Assembly (NCBI RefSeq): GCF_964194155.1
Contig: NC_135906.1
Location: 6,572,001-6,636,000 of the forward strand
Direction of reading: 5' to 3'
DNA length: 64,000 nt
Origin: Cetorhinus maximus
Taxonomy: Eukaryota
Below, one piece after another: positions 63,251-64,000 of the stretch. Positions within the stretch are counted from its first letter, which is position 1. The number at the start of each line of letters is the position of its first letter. The notes beneath the pieces were generated by a model. It saw nothing but the letters and a program-made list of their open reading frames with translations, searched no databases and was not told the DNA's origin. A program made the position numbers and the translations under genes.

Positions 63251-64000
63251 CGTCACGAAGAGATATTAATGTCTATAATGTTATTGGAAATCACTTTTAA
63301 AATGGAATTGTAGGGTGTCTTGTGTCAGTGTGTTTGACTGTGTGAAAATTAATTAGATTAAAGCCAGCCAGTCTGGGAGCTTTGATGTACAGTCGTTCTG
63401 AGATGTTAATTAGATGAACATAAGAAGAAGGTAAAGTGTAAATTTGCATTTGTTGATTAAAGGATTAAAGGGCAGGACTAAAATCTTGCACCTAGCTAGA
63501 AGACGCCAAGCAATGTGTTTACTTTTTTTCAGCTTACTAATAAAATTGGTGGAATGAAAGGATATTATTGTTAGGAGATGTAACATTAACAGCCTGGTGA
63601 TACAATGGAAAATTTACATTCAAAGAAAACACTAGGTATAAACAGAAAAGAGTTTGTGTGTTTAAGGCAAAGGCATTTATGATCTAACCAGCCTGTAAGC
63701 CCTACAACTGTGTCTGCAAAGGAACCAAATTGCAAGGAACCTCATTTTGAATTTGTAAGGCCAAATATGCTTTTCCTCGTGTTTGTTTAAAGTCTATGGT
63801 TATTATTGGCTTGGTGGAGATTTACCTGGAAGTGATAAATTTGCAGATTTGTTTAAAAGTTACGATGGTATTAATTTGTAGATGTGTAAGTCGTTAATTT
63901 GTTGTTAAGTTAATAAATGTTTAATTTAGTTTGATATAAAAACATTTTGAGGCACAGTGGTCTTATTCCTGAATTCAGAGCTGCAAATTAAATATACCAT
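63251..64000 (+). mobile_element. 5' LTR of the fourth Gmr1-like copy, cut by the window end
   Basis: Offset +51650 of 11601-12350. Confidence 0.85.

Larger units (their letters stand above)
1..64000 (+). repeat. Tandem array (gene-bearing macrosatellite) of about 3.7 units of 17,217 bp
   Basis: ORFs recur at +17217, +34434 and +51650 (e.g. 929/18146/35363/52579 and 4301/21518/38735/55951). The sequence is near-identical between units, and neither array end is in the window. Confidence 0.98.

Overview
Eukaryotic, intron-containing vertebrate DNA; the repeat content suggests a cartilaginous fish (inference). The whole window is a head-to-tail array of about 3.7 near-identical units with a period of 17,217 bp (17,216 bp between units 3 and 4). 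Each unit carries one intact, compact 9-exon ZP3/ZPC-like egg-coat gene on the + strand (about 458 aa: signal peptide, 12-Cys ZP module, RGRR furin site, transmembrane helix), with a promoter rich in ATTGG and E-box motifs and an AATAAA right after the stop. Each unit also carries decayed mobile DNA: a minus-strand short-LTR Gypsy (Mag-like) element whose RT is split by a plus-strand Gmr1-like element (PR-IN-RT-RH order, TTTA target-site duplication), L2 and CR1 LINE fragments, a SINE and a 68-bp minisatellite. The four ZP3 coding sequences look identical by eye. A tract of about 3 kb (about 49.2-52.3 kb) comes from a distinct, partly more ancestral unit variant, which points to recent amplification with mosaic or concerted evolution.
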